A program made the translations under genes and the position numbers. This document shows, piece by piece, positions 35,117-46,156 of a stretch of 64,000 nt of DNA (the stretch's first letter is position 1; each line of letters begins with the position of its first letter). The DNA comes from Eubacteriales bacterium (GTDB taxonomy: Bacteria > Bacillota > Clostridia > Oscillospirales > JAAYXM01): the NCBI GenBank assembly GCA_045580305.1, contig JAZNNQ010000003.1, positions 25,008 to 89,007 of the forward strand. The letters are read 5' to 3'. The notes below the pieces were generated by a model, which saw nothing but the letters and a program-made list of their open reading frames with translations, was not told where the DNA came from and did not search any database.

Positions 35117-35901
35117 TGATAAAGCTTAAATGTCCGGTTTGCGGCGGGGAACTAAAATTAAGCGATAAAGAAGCCGTTTGTGCAAACGAGCACAGATTTG
35201 ACCGTGCATCTTCCGGTTACTTAAATCTTCTTTTATCGCAAAATAAGCATACAAAATCACCCGGCGACAGTCGCGATATGGTGCTGTCACGCCGCCGATT
35301 TTTAGATAAAGGTTACTACGCGCCGCTTCGCGATACACTGGTTTCCAAACTGAAAGACCTTGCACCGAAAAGTATTTTGGACGCGGGTTCGGGCGAAGGA
35401 TATTATACCGCGGAATTTTCCCAAATTGCGGATACAGTAGGTATTGATTTATCAAAGGATGCGATCCTTCGTGCCTCGAAGCGCGATAAGGTCGGTATTT
35501 ACTGTGTTTCTTCGATTTTCGATTTACCGGTGTTTGATAATTCAATTGATGTCATAACCTCTGTTTTTGCACCCTATTCGCCGGAGGAATTTTATCGTGT
35601 GGCAAAAAATGTGGTTGCGGTAATTCCCGGAGAGCGACATCTTTTTGGTCTTAAAGAGGTGCTATATGATAAACCATACTTAAATGATGAAAAAGGCTAT
35701 GAGTTACCCGGCTTTGAACTCGTTTCCCGGGATAAAGTGGATTTTGATATTGAGGTCAACGGAAACGAGGCAATATTTGATCTTTTCAGTATGACGCCAT
35801 ATTTTTGGCGTACACCAAGAGATGCGGTAGAGCGCTTATCAATCATTGACGAACTCGATACACCGATTTCCTTTAGAATATTGACTTACAAGAAGCATTG
35901 A
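35116..35901 (+). CDS. rlmA: 23S rRNA (guanine-N1)-methyltransferase RlmA-like
   Basis: N-terminal zinc ribbon L.CPVCGG.L......C...H.FD....GY.NLL, then the SAM motif ILDAGSGEGYY. TAATG overlap with hisE. Confidence 0.8.
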   Translation: MIKLKCPVCGGELKLSDKEAVCANEHRFDRASSGYLNLLLSQNKHTKSPGDSRDMVLSRRRFLDKGYYAPLRDTLVSKLKDLAPKSILDAGSGEGYYTAEFSQIADTVGIDLSKDAILRASKRDKVGIYCVSSIFDLPVFDNSIDVITSVFAPYSPEEFYRVAKNVVAVIPGERHLFGLKEVLYDKPYLNDEKGYELPGFELVSRDKVDFDIEVNGNEAIFDLFSMTPYFWRTPRDAVERLSIIDELDTPISFRILTYKKH

Positions 35902-35971
35902 TAATCAATGCTTCTTATTTTTGCACCAATTTCTGTATCCGCCATATAATAGGGTGAAAGGAGAGAGGGGA

Positions 35972-36121
35972 ATGCGATGTCGGTCAAACTCGGTAATAAG
36001 TATATGTGTGGCGTTCATAACAGGGATTTTGTTTGGCGTGATCATGCCCAAAACCTTTCTCCTGTTTATAGCCTGCGTGGTATGCCTCATTATAGGCACC
36101 GTTATCTTTTTCTGTCGATAG
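35972..36121 (+). CDS. small hydrophobic protein (49 aa, two predicted TM segments)
   Basis: Strong RBS AAAGGAGAGAGGGGA precedes ATG 35972. The stop TAG overlaps the RBS of the following micro-ORF. No family recognised. Confidence 0.4.
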   Translation: MRCRSNSVISICVAFITGILFGVIMPKTFLLFIACVVCLIIGTVIFFCR

Positions 36122-36131
36122 GAGGATATGT

Positions 36132-36212
36132 GTGAAGATTGTAATTTGGAAATCACCGAAAATGCTTCGCGGAATACTTTCTAAACTTTTTGGCATCTCC
36201 CGCAATACATAA
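36132..36212 (+). CDS. spoVM: stage V sporulation protein M (26-aa micro-ORF, absent from the ORF track)
   Basis: GGAGG lies 6 nt upstream of the GTG. Product VKIVIWKSPKMLRGILSKLFGISRNT has the same length and K..P K.L.GI...G..R pattern as B. subtilis SpoVM (MKFYTIKLPKFLGGIVRAMLGSFRKD, quoted from memory). A terminator follows. Confidence 0.75.
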   Translation: MKIVIWKSPKMLRGILSKLFGISRNT

Positions 36213-36214
36213 GC

Positions 36215-36243
36215 AAAAAACGCGCGAAATTCGCGCGTTTTTC
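36215..36243 (+). terminator. intrinsic terminator after spoVM
   Basis: AAAAAA-CGCGCG-aaatt-CGCGCG-TTTTT. Confidence 0.75.
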
Positions 36244-36307
36244 TTTACTTTTACAATTTAGTGTGGTAAACTATGAATATATGTAATAAAAAGGAGCTGT
36301 GAAAATA

Positions 36308-36607
36308 ATGGCAGAGCTTTTTAATGACAAACAAGCACAAAAGTTTTTCGAGGCGGTAAGTTCTCTTGAAGACAGCAATGAATGCCGTGATTTCTTTTTG
36401 GACTTATGCACTATAAAGGAACTTGAATCAATGGTTCAGAGATATCAGGTCGCACGCCTTTTATCAGAGGGCAAGCTGTATAGCGAAATCGTTGCGGAGA
36501 CCGGCGCATCAACTGCGACCATAAGCCGAGTAAACCGCGCGCTCAGCTATGGCGAAAACGGATACAGATCGGTAATATCAAAGGTTGAGGACGCAGGCAA
36601 TGAGTAG
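36308..36607 (+). CDS. yerC: YerC/YecD family TrpR-related protein
   Basis: ...DLCT..E...M..R..VA.LL.....Y..I...TGAS.ATISRV.R.L.YG..GY. Confidence 0.8.
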   Translation: MAELFNDKQAQKFFEAVSSLEDSNECRDFFLDLCTIKELESMVQRYQVARLLSEGKLYSEIVAETGASTATISRVNRALSYGENGYRSVISKVEDAGNE

Positions 36608-37334
36608 TTACGAAACCCTGGCTGAAAGCTACGATCTATTCACAAGTGATGTGGATTATAAGCTTTGGGCTGATTATTACGAAGAAATTTTTGCCTGCCA
36701 CAATATAAAACCGGAGATGATATTGGACCTCGCTTGCGGTACAGGAACGCTCAGCGTTGAGCTTGCAAAACGCGGATACGATATGACCTCGGTTGATGCA
36801 TCTCCCGATATGCTGGCGGTTGCTATGCAAAAGGCGGAAGAACTTGAAAATCGTCCGCTTTTTCTGTGCCAAACGATGGAAGAACTTGATCTTTACGGTA
36901 CAGTAGATGCCGCAATTTGCGCCTTGGACAGCCTTAACTATTTACTTAGTCCAGATGCACTTAATGCTACATTTGACCGATTGAAGTTCTTTGTGAGACC
37001 CGGCGGAATTGTCATTTTTGATGTTAATACAGATGCAAAATTCAAGCGAATGGATGGGATGTCTTATATAAGAGACGAGGAAGACCATTTCTGCGCTTGG
37101 AGCGCTGATTACAAGGACAAAATTTGCCATATGACAATGGATATATTTGACCGCATAGGAGATATGTGGCAAAGAAGCGAGGAAGAGCATATAGAGCGTG
37201 CACACAGCGATGAGGAGATAGAAAAGGCGATTACCAATGCTGATTTTAAGCTTGTTGCGCGATATGATGAATTATCATTTGACGAGGCAACAGATAAATC
37301 AGAGCGTGTATTCTGGGTAATAGAGAGGAAATAA
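36600..37334 (+). CDS. class I SAM-dependent methyltransferase
   Basis: SAM motif ILDLACGTG. ATG 36600 overlaps the yerC stop. Confidence 0.75.
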   Translation: MSSYETLAESYDLFTSDVDYKLWADYYEEIFACHNIKPEMILDLACGTGTLSVELAKRGYDMTSVDASPDMLAVAMQKAEELENRPLFLCQTMEELDLYGTVDAAICALDSLNYLLSPDALNATFDRLKFFVRPGGIVIFDVNTDAKFKRMDGMSYIRDEEDHFCAWSADYKDKICHMTMDIFDRIGDMWQRSEEEHIERAHSDEEIEKAITNADFKLVARYDELSFDEATDKSERVFWVIERK

Positions 37335-37337
37335 CAA

Positions 37338-38219
37338 ATGGGAACAATAATTCGTGGAATGACAAACGACGGTATGATTAAATTTGCCGCCATCAACGGT
37401 AGGGATATTGTTGAGCGTGCGCGGCAAATTCATAACACTTCACCTGTTGCCACTGCAGCGCTTGGAAGAACTCTTCTTGCGGCGTCTATGCTTGGTAATG
37501 ATTTAAAAGGTGACGGCAATTCCCTTACTGTTCAGGTAAGAGGCGGAGGCCCACTTGGCAATATCATTGTTGTAAGTGATGAGTCGGGCAATGTTCGTGG
37601 TTACTGCGTAAATCCTCAGCTTGATTTGCCACTGCGTGAGCGCGACGGCAAGCTTGATGTATCCGGCGCGGTAGGCCGAGACGGATCTCTTGTAATTGTT
37701 AAGGATTTAGGCTTTGGCGATCCTTATGTTGGTCAAATTGAGCTTGCGACAGGCGAAATTGCGGAGGATATAACCAAATATTTAGCTGAAAGCGAGCAGG
37801 TACCCAGCGCTTGTGCCCTTGGCGTGTTGGTGGCGCAGGATTATTCCGTGCTTGCGGCAGGTGGATATATTATATCTCTTATGCCGGGTGCTGATGATGA
37901 AACCATTACAAAACTTGAAGAGAATTTGTCTAAAACCAAAGCGATAACAACGCGACTCAATGAAGGCGCAACAATGAAGGATATTATGACAGAGGTATTT
38001 GAAGGCTTTGAGATCAAGTTTTTGGAAGAAAATCCCACTGAATACCGCTGTAATTGTACGCGGGAGCGTGTAGAAAAAGCACTTATCAGTATGGGCCTTG
38101 ATGAACTTAAAGATATACGCGATGAAGGTAAAACAAATGAGGTCACTTGCCAGTTTTGCGATGAAATTTATAAGTTTACACCAAACGATATTGATGATCT
38201 TATTAAAAAAGCTAAGTAA
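37338..38219 (+). CDS. hslO: Hsp33 family redox-regulated chaperonin
   Basis: C-terminal zinc centre CNCTRERV...VTCQFCDEIYKF. Confidence 0.92.
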   Translation: MGTIIRGMTNDGMIKFAAINGRDIVERARQIHNTSPVATAALGRTLLAASMLGNDLKGDGNSLTVQVRGGGPLGNIIVVSDESGNVRGYCVNPQLDLPLRERDGKLDVSGAVGRDGSLVIVKDLGFGDPYVGQIELATGEIAEDITKYLAESEQVPSACALGVLVAQDYSVLAAGGYIISLMPGADDETITKLEENLSKTKAITTRLNEGATMKDIMTEVFEGFEIKFLEENPTEYRCNCTRERVEKALISMGLDELKDIRDEGKTNEVTCQFCDEIYKFTPNDIDDLIKKAK

Positions 38220-38221
38220 AT

Positions 38222-38257
38222 AAAAAATCCCGAGTAGAAAATCTACTCGGGATTTTA
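38222..38257. terminator. bidirectional intrinsic terminator
   Basis: AAAAAATCCCGAGTAGA-aaa-TCTACTCGGGATTTT. Confidence 0.75.
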
Positions 38258-38266
38258 ATTTTAAAC

Positions 38267-39598
38267 TTATCTGAAAATGTTAATGCTACGACCACTCTTG
38301 GGCTTGTAGCTCTTAAGCTCTTCTTCGTGCTCAGCCTCATAAGCCTTAAGCTCATCAAGGTTAGCAGCAACCTTGTGGTATGCAGCGGAGAACTGCTCGA
38401 TAAGCTCCTTGCAGGGCTGCTCAAAACGAGGAGCAAGCATGAAGGATGCATCAGCAAGATACTCGGTAACCGGAAGCTCTAAGCCTTCGCTTGTGCGGTT
38501 CTCGTCAGCGTAGGGACACTTAACCGGGCAGCCCTTGCCGAATACATCACCCTTGGTGAAGAGCGGAGCCTGGTGGAGGCGACCGTAACCGCAAAGACCA
38601 CAGGTAACACCCTCAGCAGCAAGAGCCTTTAAGAGAGTTACAAGGCGGATACCGCCGAACTTCTCATGGTCATAACGAGCGTAGTGGTAAGAGTACATCT
38701 TCTCACAATTCTCATATGTATCCTGAATCTTAATAAAGTCGATATCAGCAATTAATTCTTCGAAGTACTTAGCGTTGCTGTTACGAACTTCATTTCTCTC
38801 ATCTAACTCATCAAGCTGAGCATTAGCAATAGCGATACCGAGCGGATGGGGACGGAACTTGTGACCCATACCGGTAAGTGCATACTGCTTGTAGTTGGAG
38901 TCATCCGGCAAGGAGCCGAGACGCTCATAAGAACCGAGAGCGGTAGCGCGCTCATAGTATTCGCGGTTGTTGGTAACTAAGATACCGCCTTCACCTGCAA
39001 CAAGGATCTTGGAACCCTGTAAGCTGAAGCAACCGACATCACCGATAGTACCAACCTTCTTACCCTTGTACATAGCGCCGTGTGCATGTGAGCAGTCCTC
39101 AACAACCTTGAGGTCATACTTCTTAGCGATAGCCATGATAGCGTCCATATCGCAAGGGTTACCCCAAACATGAACAACCATGATAGCCTTAGTCTTCTTG
39201 GTAATGCGCTTCTCAACATCAACCGGGTCGATACAGTGGGTATCGGGATTAACTTCGCAGAATACCGGAACAGCATTGGTAGCTACGATCGGAGCGGCAG
39301 ATGCCCAGAATGTGTAGCTGGGAACGATAACCTCATCGCCGGGGCCAACGCCGCAACCAAAAAGTGCAGCCTGAAGACAAGAAGTACCATTGGATAAGCA
39401 GATACCATATTCTGCGCCAACATACTTGCAGAACTTTGCCTCGAACTCCTTAACAACAGGAGAGAGGGAGATTTCATCTCTGTTCATAACTTCGTTTACA
39501 GCAGCCTTTGCCTTTTCGCCAACGATGGGTAAATTACCAACCTTTTCGTAATCAAGAGTGACGGACTTTTCGCCGCCAAGTAATGCTAAATTTGCCAT
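38267..39598 (-). CDS. DegT/DnrJ/EryC1/StrS family PLP-dependent aminotransferase
   Basis: Family-typical strings ...NGT.CLQAAL...GVGPGDEVIVP.YTFWA, DC.HAHGA.YKGKKVG..GD.GCFS.QGSK. Confidence 0.85.
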   Translation of the reverse strand: MANLALLGGEKSVTLDYEKVGNLPIVGEKAKAAVNEVMNRDEISLSPVVKEFEAKFCKYVGAEYGICLSNGTSCLQAALFGCGVGPGDEVIVPSYTFWASAAPIVATNAVPVFCEVNPDTHCIDPVDVEKRITKKTKAIMVVHVWGNPCDMDAIMAIAKKYDLKVVEDCSHAHGAMYKGKKVGTIGDVGCFSLQGSKILVAGEGGILVTNNREYYERATALGSYERLGSLPDDSNYKQYALTGMGHKFRPHPLGIAIANAQLDELDERNEVRNSNAKYFEELIADIDFIKIQDTYENCEKMYSYHYARYDHEKFGGIRLVTLLKALAAEGVTCGLCGYGRLHQAPLFTKGDVFGKGCPVKCPYADENRTSEGLELPVTEYLADASFMLAPRFEQPCKELIEQFSAAYHKVAANLDELKAYEAEHEEELKSYKPKSGRSINIFR

Positions 39599-39697
39599 TT
39601 TCAAAAAACCTCCTATTTGGTTTATTTTGTAATTTTAGAATATCACAGTGTTTTTTTAAAAACTTTGTGATTTTTACGAAAAACCTTGCATATTATA

Positions 39698-41818
39698 TTA
39701 TTTTTGCTTCATTGTAAGGGAAATACGCTTTTTCTCCGGAATAACCTCAAGGACCCAGACCTTTACGATATCGCCTACCTTAAGTACCTCGGAGGGGTGG
39801 CGAATGAATCGGTCGCAAATCTGAGAGATGTGAACAAGGCCGTCCTGATGAACGCCTATATCAACAAATGCGCCAAAATCGATAACATTTCGCACGGTAC
39901 CGGTAAGTTCCATACCCGGTTTTAAGTCGTTCATATCCATAACATCGGTGCGAAGTAAAGGTGAGGGCAGTTCATCACGGGGATCTCTGCCAGGCTTTTT
40001 GAGCTCTTTAATGATGTCAAGTAATGTGGGAACACCAACATTACATTCAGCGGCAAGAGCGGAAGAGCCTTCGGTTTTAACGAGTGTGTCCAGTTCATCA
40101 GCGGTTTTCGCCTTGGATAAAATAATTTTAGCCGCATCATAGGACTCGGGATGAACACCGGTATTGTCTAAAATATTCTTGCTTTCGGGAATTCGTAAGA
40201 AGCCGGCGCACTGTTCATAGGCTTTTGGGCCAAGCTTGGGTACTTTTTTGAGGGTAGCGCGTGTGGTAAAAGAACCGTTTTCCTCGCGGTATGCAACGAT
40301 GTTTTTTGCAACGGAGGAGGAAATGCCGGCAACATATGAAAGTAGGGGTGCGGAAGCGGTATTTAAGTCAACGCCTACACCGTTAACACAGTCCTCAACA
40401 ACGCCGCCTAAGGTCTCATCTAAACGGGCGGGAGGCATATCGTGCTGATACTGACCGACACCGATTGACTTCGGGTCAATCTTTACAAGCTCAGCAAGAG
40501 GATCCTGCAATCTTCTTGCAATAGAAACCGCACTTCTGAGGGACACATCAAAATCCGGGAATTCAGCGGCAGCAAGTTTTGATGCGGAGTAGACGGACGC
40601 GCCCGCTTCATTTACTACCATATACTGAAGGCCGCAATCAAGCTCGCGAACAAGCTCGCTTATAAAAATCTCGGTCTCCTTGGAGGCGGTGCCATTGCCA
40701 ATGGAGAAAATTTCAACATTATGCTTTTTAACAAGGCGGGAAAGAATGACCTTCGCCTCGTCGGTTTTGTTCTGCGGCGGGGTGGGATAAATAACCGTTG
40801 TATCTAACACTTTGCCGGTAGCATCAACAACCGCAATCTTACAGCCGGTACGGTAAGCAGGGTCAACACCCATAACCGTGTGGCCTTTAACCGGCGGCTG
40901 CATAAGAAGCTGAGAAAGATTAAGACCGAACATCTTAATTGCCTGTTCGTTTGCAACATCGGTAAGAGTGTTTCTTATCTCACGCTCTAACGAGGGGAAG
41001 ATCAAACGGGACCAGGCATCCTCGCATATAGCACGGAGGAAGGTGGGATACTTACAGTCAAGTCGGGCAATAGAGGTAAAGATAATTCCAATTGCGCGGG
41101 GGGCTTCGCATCTGATAGCAACCTTTAAGAAATCTTCTCGCTCGCCGCGGTTGATAGCGAGAATACGGTGGCTTTGTACTTTAGAAATCGGCTCCTCGTA
41201 TTCGTAATATGTGCGATAAACCGAATCTTCGTCCTTATTAGCGCGCACTTCGAGGGTCGCAAATTTATTCATCATTGTACGCAGAGAGGTTCGTATCTTT
41301 GCATCATCGGATAAGATCTCGGCAATAATGTCGGATGCACCTGCGAGTGCCGCATCACGGTCGGGCACTTCTTTGTCTACATCAATAAACTTTTCGGCTT
41401 CAATATAAAGACCGTCTTCGTCTGACTCCTGAGCGAGAATAAACTCGGCAAGCGGCTCAAGACCGCGCTCTTTTGCTATTATTGCGCGGGTTCTGCGCTT
41501 GGGGCGGAAGGGGCGATAGAGATCCTCAAGTGCGGTCAGCGTAACAGCGGAATTAATTTCAGCGAGCAGTTCATCAGTCATCTTTTCCTGCTCTGTAATG
41601 CTGTGAATGATCTCCTCACGGCGCTTTTCCAAATTGCGAAGATAATTTAAACGATCGGCAAGCTCGCGAAGCACCTGGTCATCAATACTGCCGGTAAGCT
41701 CTTTACGATAGCGAGCGATGAAGGGAAGGGTGTTACCTTCATCAATCAATGTTATGATGTTCTCAATGTGCTGGGAATTTAACTTAAATTCCTCAGCTAA
41801 AACGGAAACTAAATTCAT
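39698..41818 (-). CDS. tex: Tex-like transcription accessory protein (S1 RNA-binding domain)
   Basis: N-terminal ..IA.E........V...I.L.DEGNT.PFIARYRKE.TG, a YqgF-like core and a C-terminal S1 domain (G.V.NV.DFGAFVDIGV.QDGLVHIS). ATG 41818. Confidence 0.92.
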   Translation of the reverse strand: MNLVSVLAEEFKLNSQHIENIITLIDEGNTLPFIARYRKELTGSIDDQVLRELADRLNYLRNLEKRREEIIHSITEQEKMTDELLAEINSAVTLTALEDLYRPFRPKRRTRAIIAKERGLEPLAEFILAQESDEDGLYIEAEKFIDVDKEVPDRDAALAGASDIIAEILSDDAKIRTSLRTMMNKFATLEVRANKDEDSVYRTYYEYEEPISKVQSHRILAINRGEREDFLKVAIRCEAPRAIGIIFTSIARLDCKYPTFLRAICEDAWSRLIFPSLEREIRNTLTDVANEQAIKMFGLNLSQLLMQPPVKGHTVMGVDPAYRTGCKIAVVDATGKVLDTTVIYPTPPQNKTDEAKVILSRLVKKHNVEIFSIGNGTASKETEIFISELVRELDCGLQYMVVNEAGASVYSASKLAAAEFPDFDVSLRSAVSIARRLQDPLAELVKIDPKSIGVGQYQHDMPPARLDETLGGVVEDCVNGVGVDLNTASAPLLSYVAGISSSVAKNIVAYREENGSFTTRATLKKVPKLGPKAYEQCAGFLRIPESKNILDNTGVHPESYDAAKIILSKAKTADELDTLVKTEGSSALAAECNVGVPTLLDIIKELKKPGRDPRDELPSPLLRTDVMDMNDLKPGMELTGTVRNVIDFGAFVDIGVHQDGLVHISQICDRFIRHPSEVLKVGDIVKVWVLEVIPEKKRISLTMKQK

Positions 41819-42122
41819 AATGTATATCCTTTCTAAAGTGAATGTCCCTTGGAGTAAAAAACACTTCAAGGGACACATTTATTATAGCTTGTTCGGTAAT
41901 TTTTGTCAATAATACGAGGACTAAAGTCGGTGTAATAAGACTATAATAAAATTGGTGTGTACAAATGGATAATTTTGTGTTATACTATATATAATTATAA
42001 TGCATTATTTTGTGCATTGCATCGGATTTTAAAGGTTAATATTTGGTATTATCTGGGGGGTAATGCCTTCATTAACTGTTGTCAAAATACATAAAACCAG
42101 AATTGGAGAAGTGATTTTTTAT

Positions 42123-43787
42123 ATGGCACAGAAACTTAAGATGATCGCACTTGGCGGTCTCAATGAAATTGGAAAAAATATGTACCTTTATGAGTATGCC
42201 GGCGAGATTATCGTTGTTGATGCGGGCCTTGCATTCCCGGACGATGAAATGCTTGGCGTCGACCTTGTAATTCCCGATATTTCATATCTTGTACAGAACA
42301 AAAAAAGAGTGCGCGGTATCATTCTTACCCACGCTCACGAGGATCACATCGGCTCACTACCGTACCTTTTAAAGGAGATTAATGTTCCCGTATATGCAAC
42401 AAAACTCACAGCGGGAATTGTTGCTACAAAGCTTGAGGAGCACACATTGCTTTCCAAAACCAAGATAAAAATCGTATCTGCAGGTGACACTGTTCGTATG
42501 GGAAATTTCAAGGTTGAATTTATCCATGTAAACCACTCTATTGCAGATGCGGTAGCACTTGCAATTACAACACCGCTTGGCACGGTTATCCATACCGGCG
42601 ACTACAAGCTTGACACCACACCCATTCAGGGTAAAATGATGGACATTGCCCGCCTTGGACAACTTGGCAAAAACGGCGTTTTAGCGCTGTTTGGAGAGTC
42701 TACCAATGTTGAGCATCCGGGCTATACATTAAGTGAGCGCAAAGTAGGTGAGACCTTTGATGCGCTGTTTAAGGACTGCCGCTCCCGCATCATTGTCACC
42801 ACATTTGCATCTAATGTCCACCGCGTACAGCAGATTATAAATTCCGCGTATAAGTACGGCCGAAAGGTTGCTATTTCCGGCCGCAGTATGGAAAACATAA
42901 TGGGCGTTGCTCAAAATTTAGGATATCTTGATGTGCCCAATGATGTATTAATTGACATCAATATGCTTTCAAAGTACCCGAAACATAAGGTTTGTATCAT
43001 CACAACCGGAAGCCAGGGCGAAACTATGAGTGCCCTTTATCGAATTGCATTTAACGGTCATAAAAAGATCGAAATTATGCCCGGCGACAGGGTGATTATT
43101 TCCGCATCCCCCATTCCGGGCAATGAAAAGGGTATAAGTACGGTTATTAATGAGCTTTTCCGAAAGGGTGCCGAGGTTATTTACGAAAAATTAGCCGAGG
43201 TGCATGTGTCCGGCCACGCTTGCCGCGAGGAGCTTAAACTTATGCTCGCCCTTACACAGCCTAAATATTTTGTACCTATACACGGCGAATACCGTCATAT
43301 GCAAAGCCATTGCGAACTTGCAAAACAGATGGGCGTCCCTGCTAAAAACACATTCATAAGCGATGTGGGTCGTGTTTTCGAAATCGGCGAAAAGGGCGCA
43401 AAACTTACCGGCAGCGTGCCGTGTGGTCGAGTACTTGTTGACGGACTTGGAGTCGGAGATGTTGGAAATGTTGTTCTTCGTGACCGAAAACATCTTGCTG
43501 AGGACGGGCTTATTACTGTGGTAATGACTCTTGATGAAAAGAACACGCTCATTGCCGGTCCCGACATAGTATCTCGAGGATTTATCTATGTAAAAGAAGC
43601 TGAGGATCTTATGGAAGAGCTTAAAGCTCTTGCTATAAAGGTGGTAAAGGACTGCACAAAGAGCAGATATTGCGACTGGGCAACCATCAAAAACTCCCTA
43701 AAAAGTAAGCTTTCTGATTTCCTGTTCCAGAAAACCAAGAGAAAGCCTATGATTTTACCCATTATTATGGAACTTGAAGAAAAATAA
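42123..43787 (+). CDS. rnj: ribonuclease J
   Basis: LGGL.EIGKNMY and metallo-beta-lactamase HAHEDHIG motifs. About 555 aa. ATG 42123. Confidence 0.92.
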   Translation: MAQKLKMIALGGLNEIGKNMYLYEYAGEIIVVDAGLAFPDDEMLGVDLVIPDISYLVQNKKRVRGIILTHAHEDHIGSLPYLLKEINVPVYATKLTAGIVATKLEEHTLLSKTKIKIVSAGDTVRMGNFKVEFIHVNHSIADAVALAITTPLGTVIHTGDYKLDTTPIQGKMMDIARLGQLGKNGVLALFGESTNVEHPGYTLSERKVGETFDALFKDCRSRIIVTTFASNVHRVQQIINSAYKYGRKVAISGRSMENIMGVAQNLGYLDVPNDVLIDINMLSKYPKHKVCIITTGSQGETMSALYRIAFNGHKKIEIMPGDRVIISASPIPGNEKGISTVINELFRKGAEVIYEKLAEVHVSGHACREELKLMLALTQPKYFVPIHGEYRHMQSHCELAKQMGVPAKNTFISDVGRVFEIGEKGAKLTGSVPCGRVLVDGLGVGDVGNVVLRDRKHLAEDGLITVVMTLDEKNTLIAGPDIVSRGFIYVKEAEDLMEELKALAIKVVKDCTKSRYCDWATIKNSLKSKLSDFLFQKTKRKPMILPIIMELEEK

Positions 43788-43815
43788 AAAGAGAGGGCAA
43801 TGCCCTCTCTTTTTT
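43786..43815. terminator. bidirectional intrinsic terminator
   Basis: AAAAAGAGAGGGCA-a-TGCCCTCTCTTTTTT. Confidence 0.75.
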
Positions 43816-44560
43816 AACCTAAAATAACATCGAACACCATCATCAGTGAAAATCCTACAAGCAGGGCATAGGTAGCACCTCGCGAGTAGCCGTGTGCATG
43901 AGTTTCGGGAATCATCTCATCGCTTATTACATAAAGCATCGTGCCGCCTGCAAAGGCAAGCGCGAAGGGGAGGATTACCGTAGCAACACTGACCGCTGCA
44001 TAGCCGAGAACTGTGCCGATCACTTCAACTAAACCGGTTGCAAGCGCACATAAAAAAGTACGCTTTGGCGAAACACCTGCTGCCAGCATAGGTGCTATAA
44101 TGACCATACCCTCGGGTAAATTTTGCAAAGCGATACCGCCTGCAATGAGAAGGGCATCAGTGGGATTGTCAGAGCCAAAACCGACACCCGCCGCAATGCC
44201 CTCGGGGAAATTGTGTATCGCGATAGCGGCAACGAAAAGTAGAACCTTACTCAAATTATCAGAGTTCGGGTGACTTTCAATGTCGCTTCCCACCAGTTTG
44301 TGCATATGAGGTGTGAACTTATCAATAAGACTCAGACAAACAGCACCGCAAAAAATACCGATTATCGTAACCCAGATATTGCCATAGTCAACAGATGGGA
44401 GAATAAGACCAAGCATTGCTGCGGCAAGCATTATTCCTGCTGCAAATGAAAGTACGATATCGTTGAATTTGTGTGACACTTTTTTGAAGATAAACCCGAT
44501 TAATGCACCAATTATTGTAGAACCGCCAACACCTAAGGCGGTGAGTAAAACCATAGTCAT
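43814..44560 (-). CDS. zupT: ZIP family metal transporter
   Basis: HNFPEG...G and .QN.PEG motifs in a polytopic 248-aa protein. Confidence 0.85.
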   Translation of the reverse strand: MTMVLLTALGVGGSTIIGALIGFIFKKVSHKFNDIVLSFAAGIMLAAAMLGLILPSVDYGNIWVTIIGIFCGAVCLSLIDKFTPHMHKLVGSDIESHPNSDNLSKVLLFVAAIAIHNFPEGIAAGVGFGSDNPTDALLIAGGIALQNLPEGMVIIAPMLAAGVSPKRTFLCALATGLVEVIGTVLGYAAVSVATVILPFALAFAGGTMLYVISDEMIPETHAHGYSRGATYALLVGFSLMMVFDVILG

Positions 44561-44570
44561 AAAATCACCT

Positions 44571-44606
44571 CAAAAAAGAAAGCCGTGGAGATAACTCCAC
44601 GGCTTT
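44571..44606 (-). terminator. intrinsic terminator after guaB
   Basis: AAGCCGTGGAG/CTCCACGGCTT hairpin followed by TCTTTTTT on the minus strand. Confidence 0.7.
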
Positions 44607-44610
44607 TATG

Positions 44611-46119
<1,509 letters not shown>

Positions 46120-46156
46120 TTATTAAACTATATGATACACTTTTAATCCTTTAATG

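Noticed and set aside
35905-36205. Minus-strand ORFs 35905-36156 and 35984-36205 over the small-ORF/spoVM locus.
   Set aside because: They have no RBS and no family resemblance. The plus strand carries two RBS-preceded ORFs, one of them a recognisable SpoVM, ending at a plus-strand terminator.
39605-39697. Imperfect palindrome ATCACAGTGTTTTT/AAAAACTTTGTGAT between the DegT-type gene and tex, considered as an operator.
   Set aside because: Three central mismatches in an AT-rich context. It is most simply the weak terminator of tex plus promoter DNA, and there is not enough evidence for a specific site.
42063-42122. 20-codon N-terminal extension of RNase J starting right after GGGGGGTA.
   Set aside because: RNase J homologues begin a few residues before the L.GGL.EIGKNM motif. 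ATG 42123 gives that N-terminus, and the extension has no counterpart in the family.
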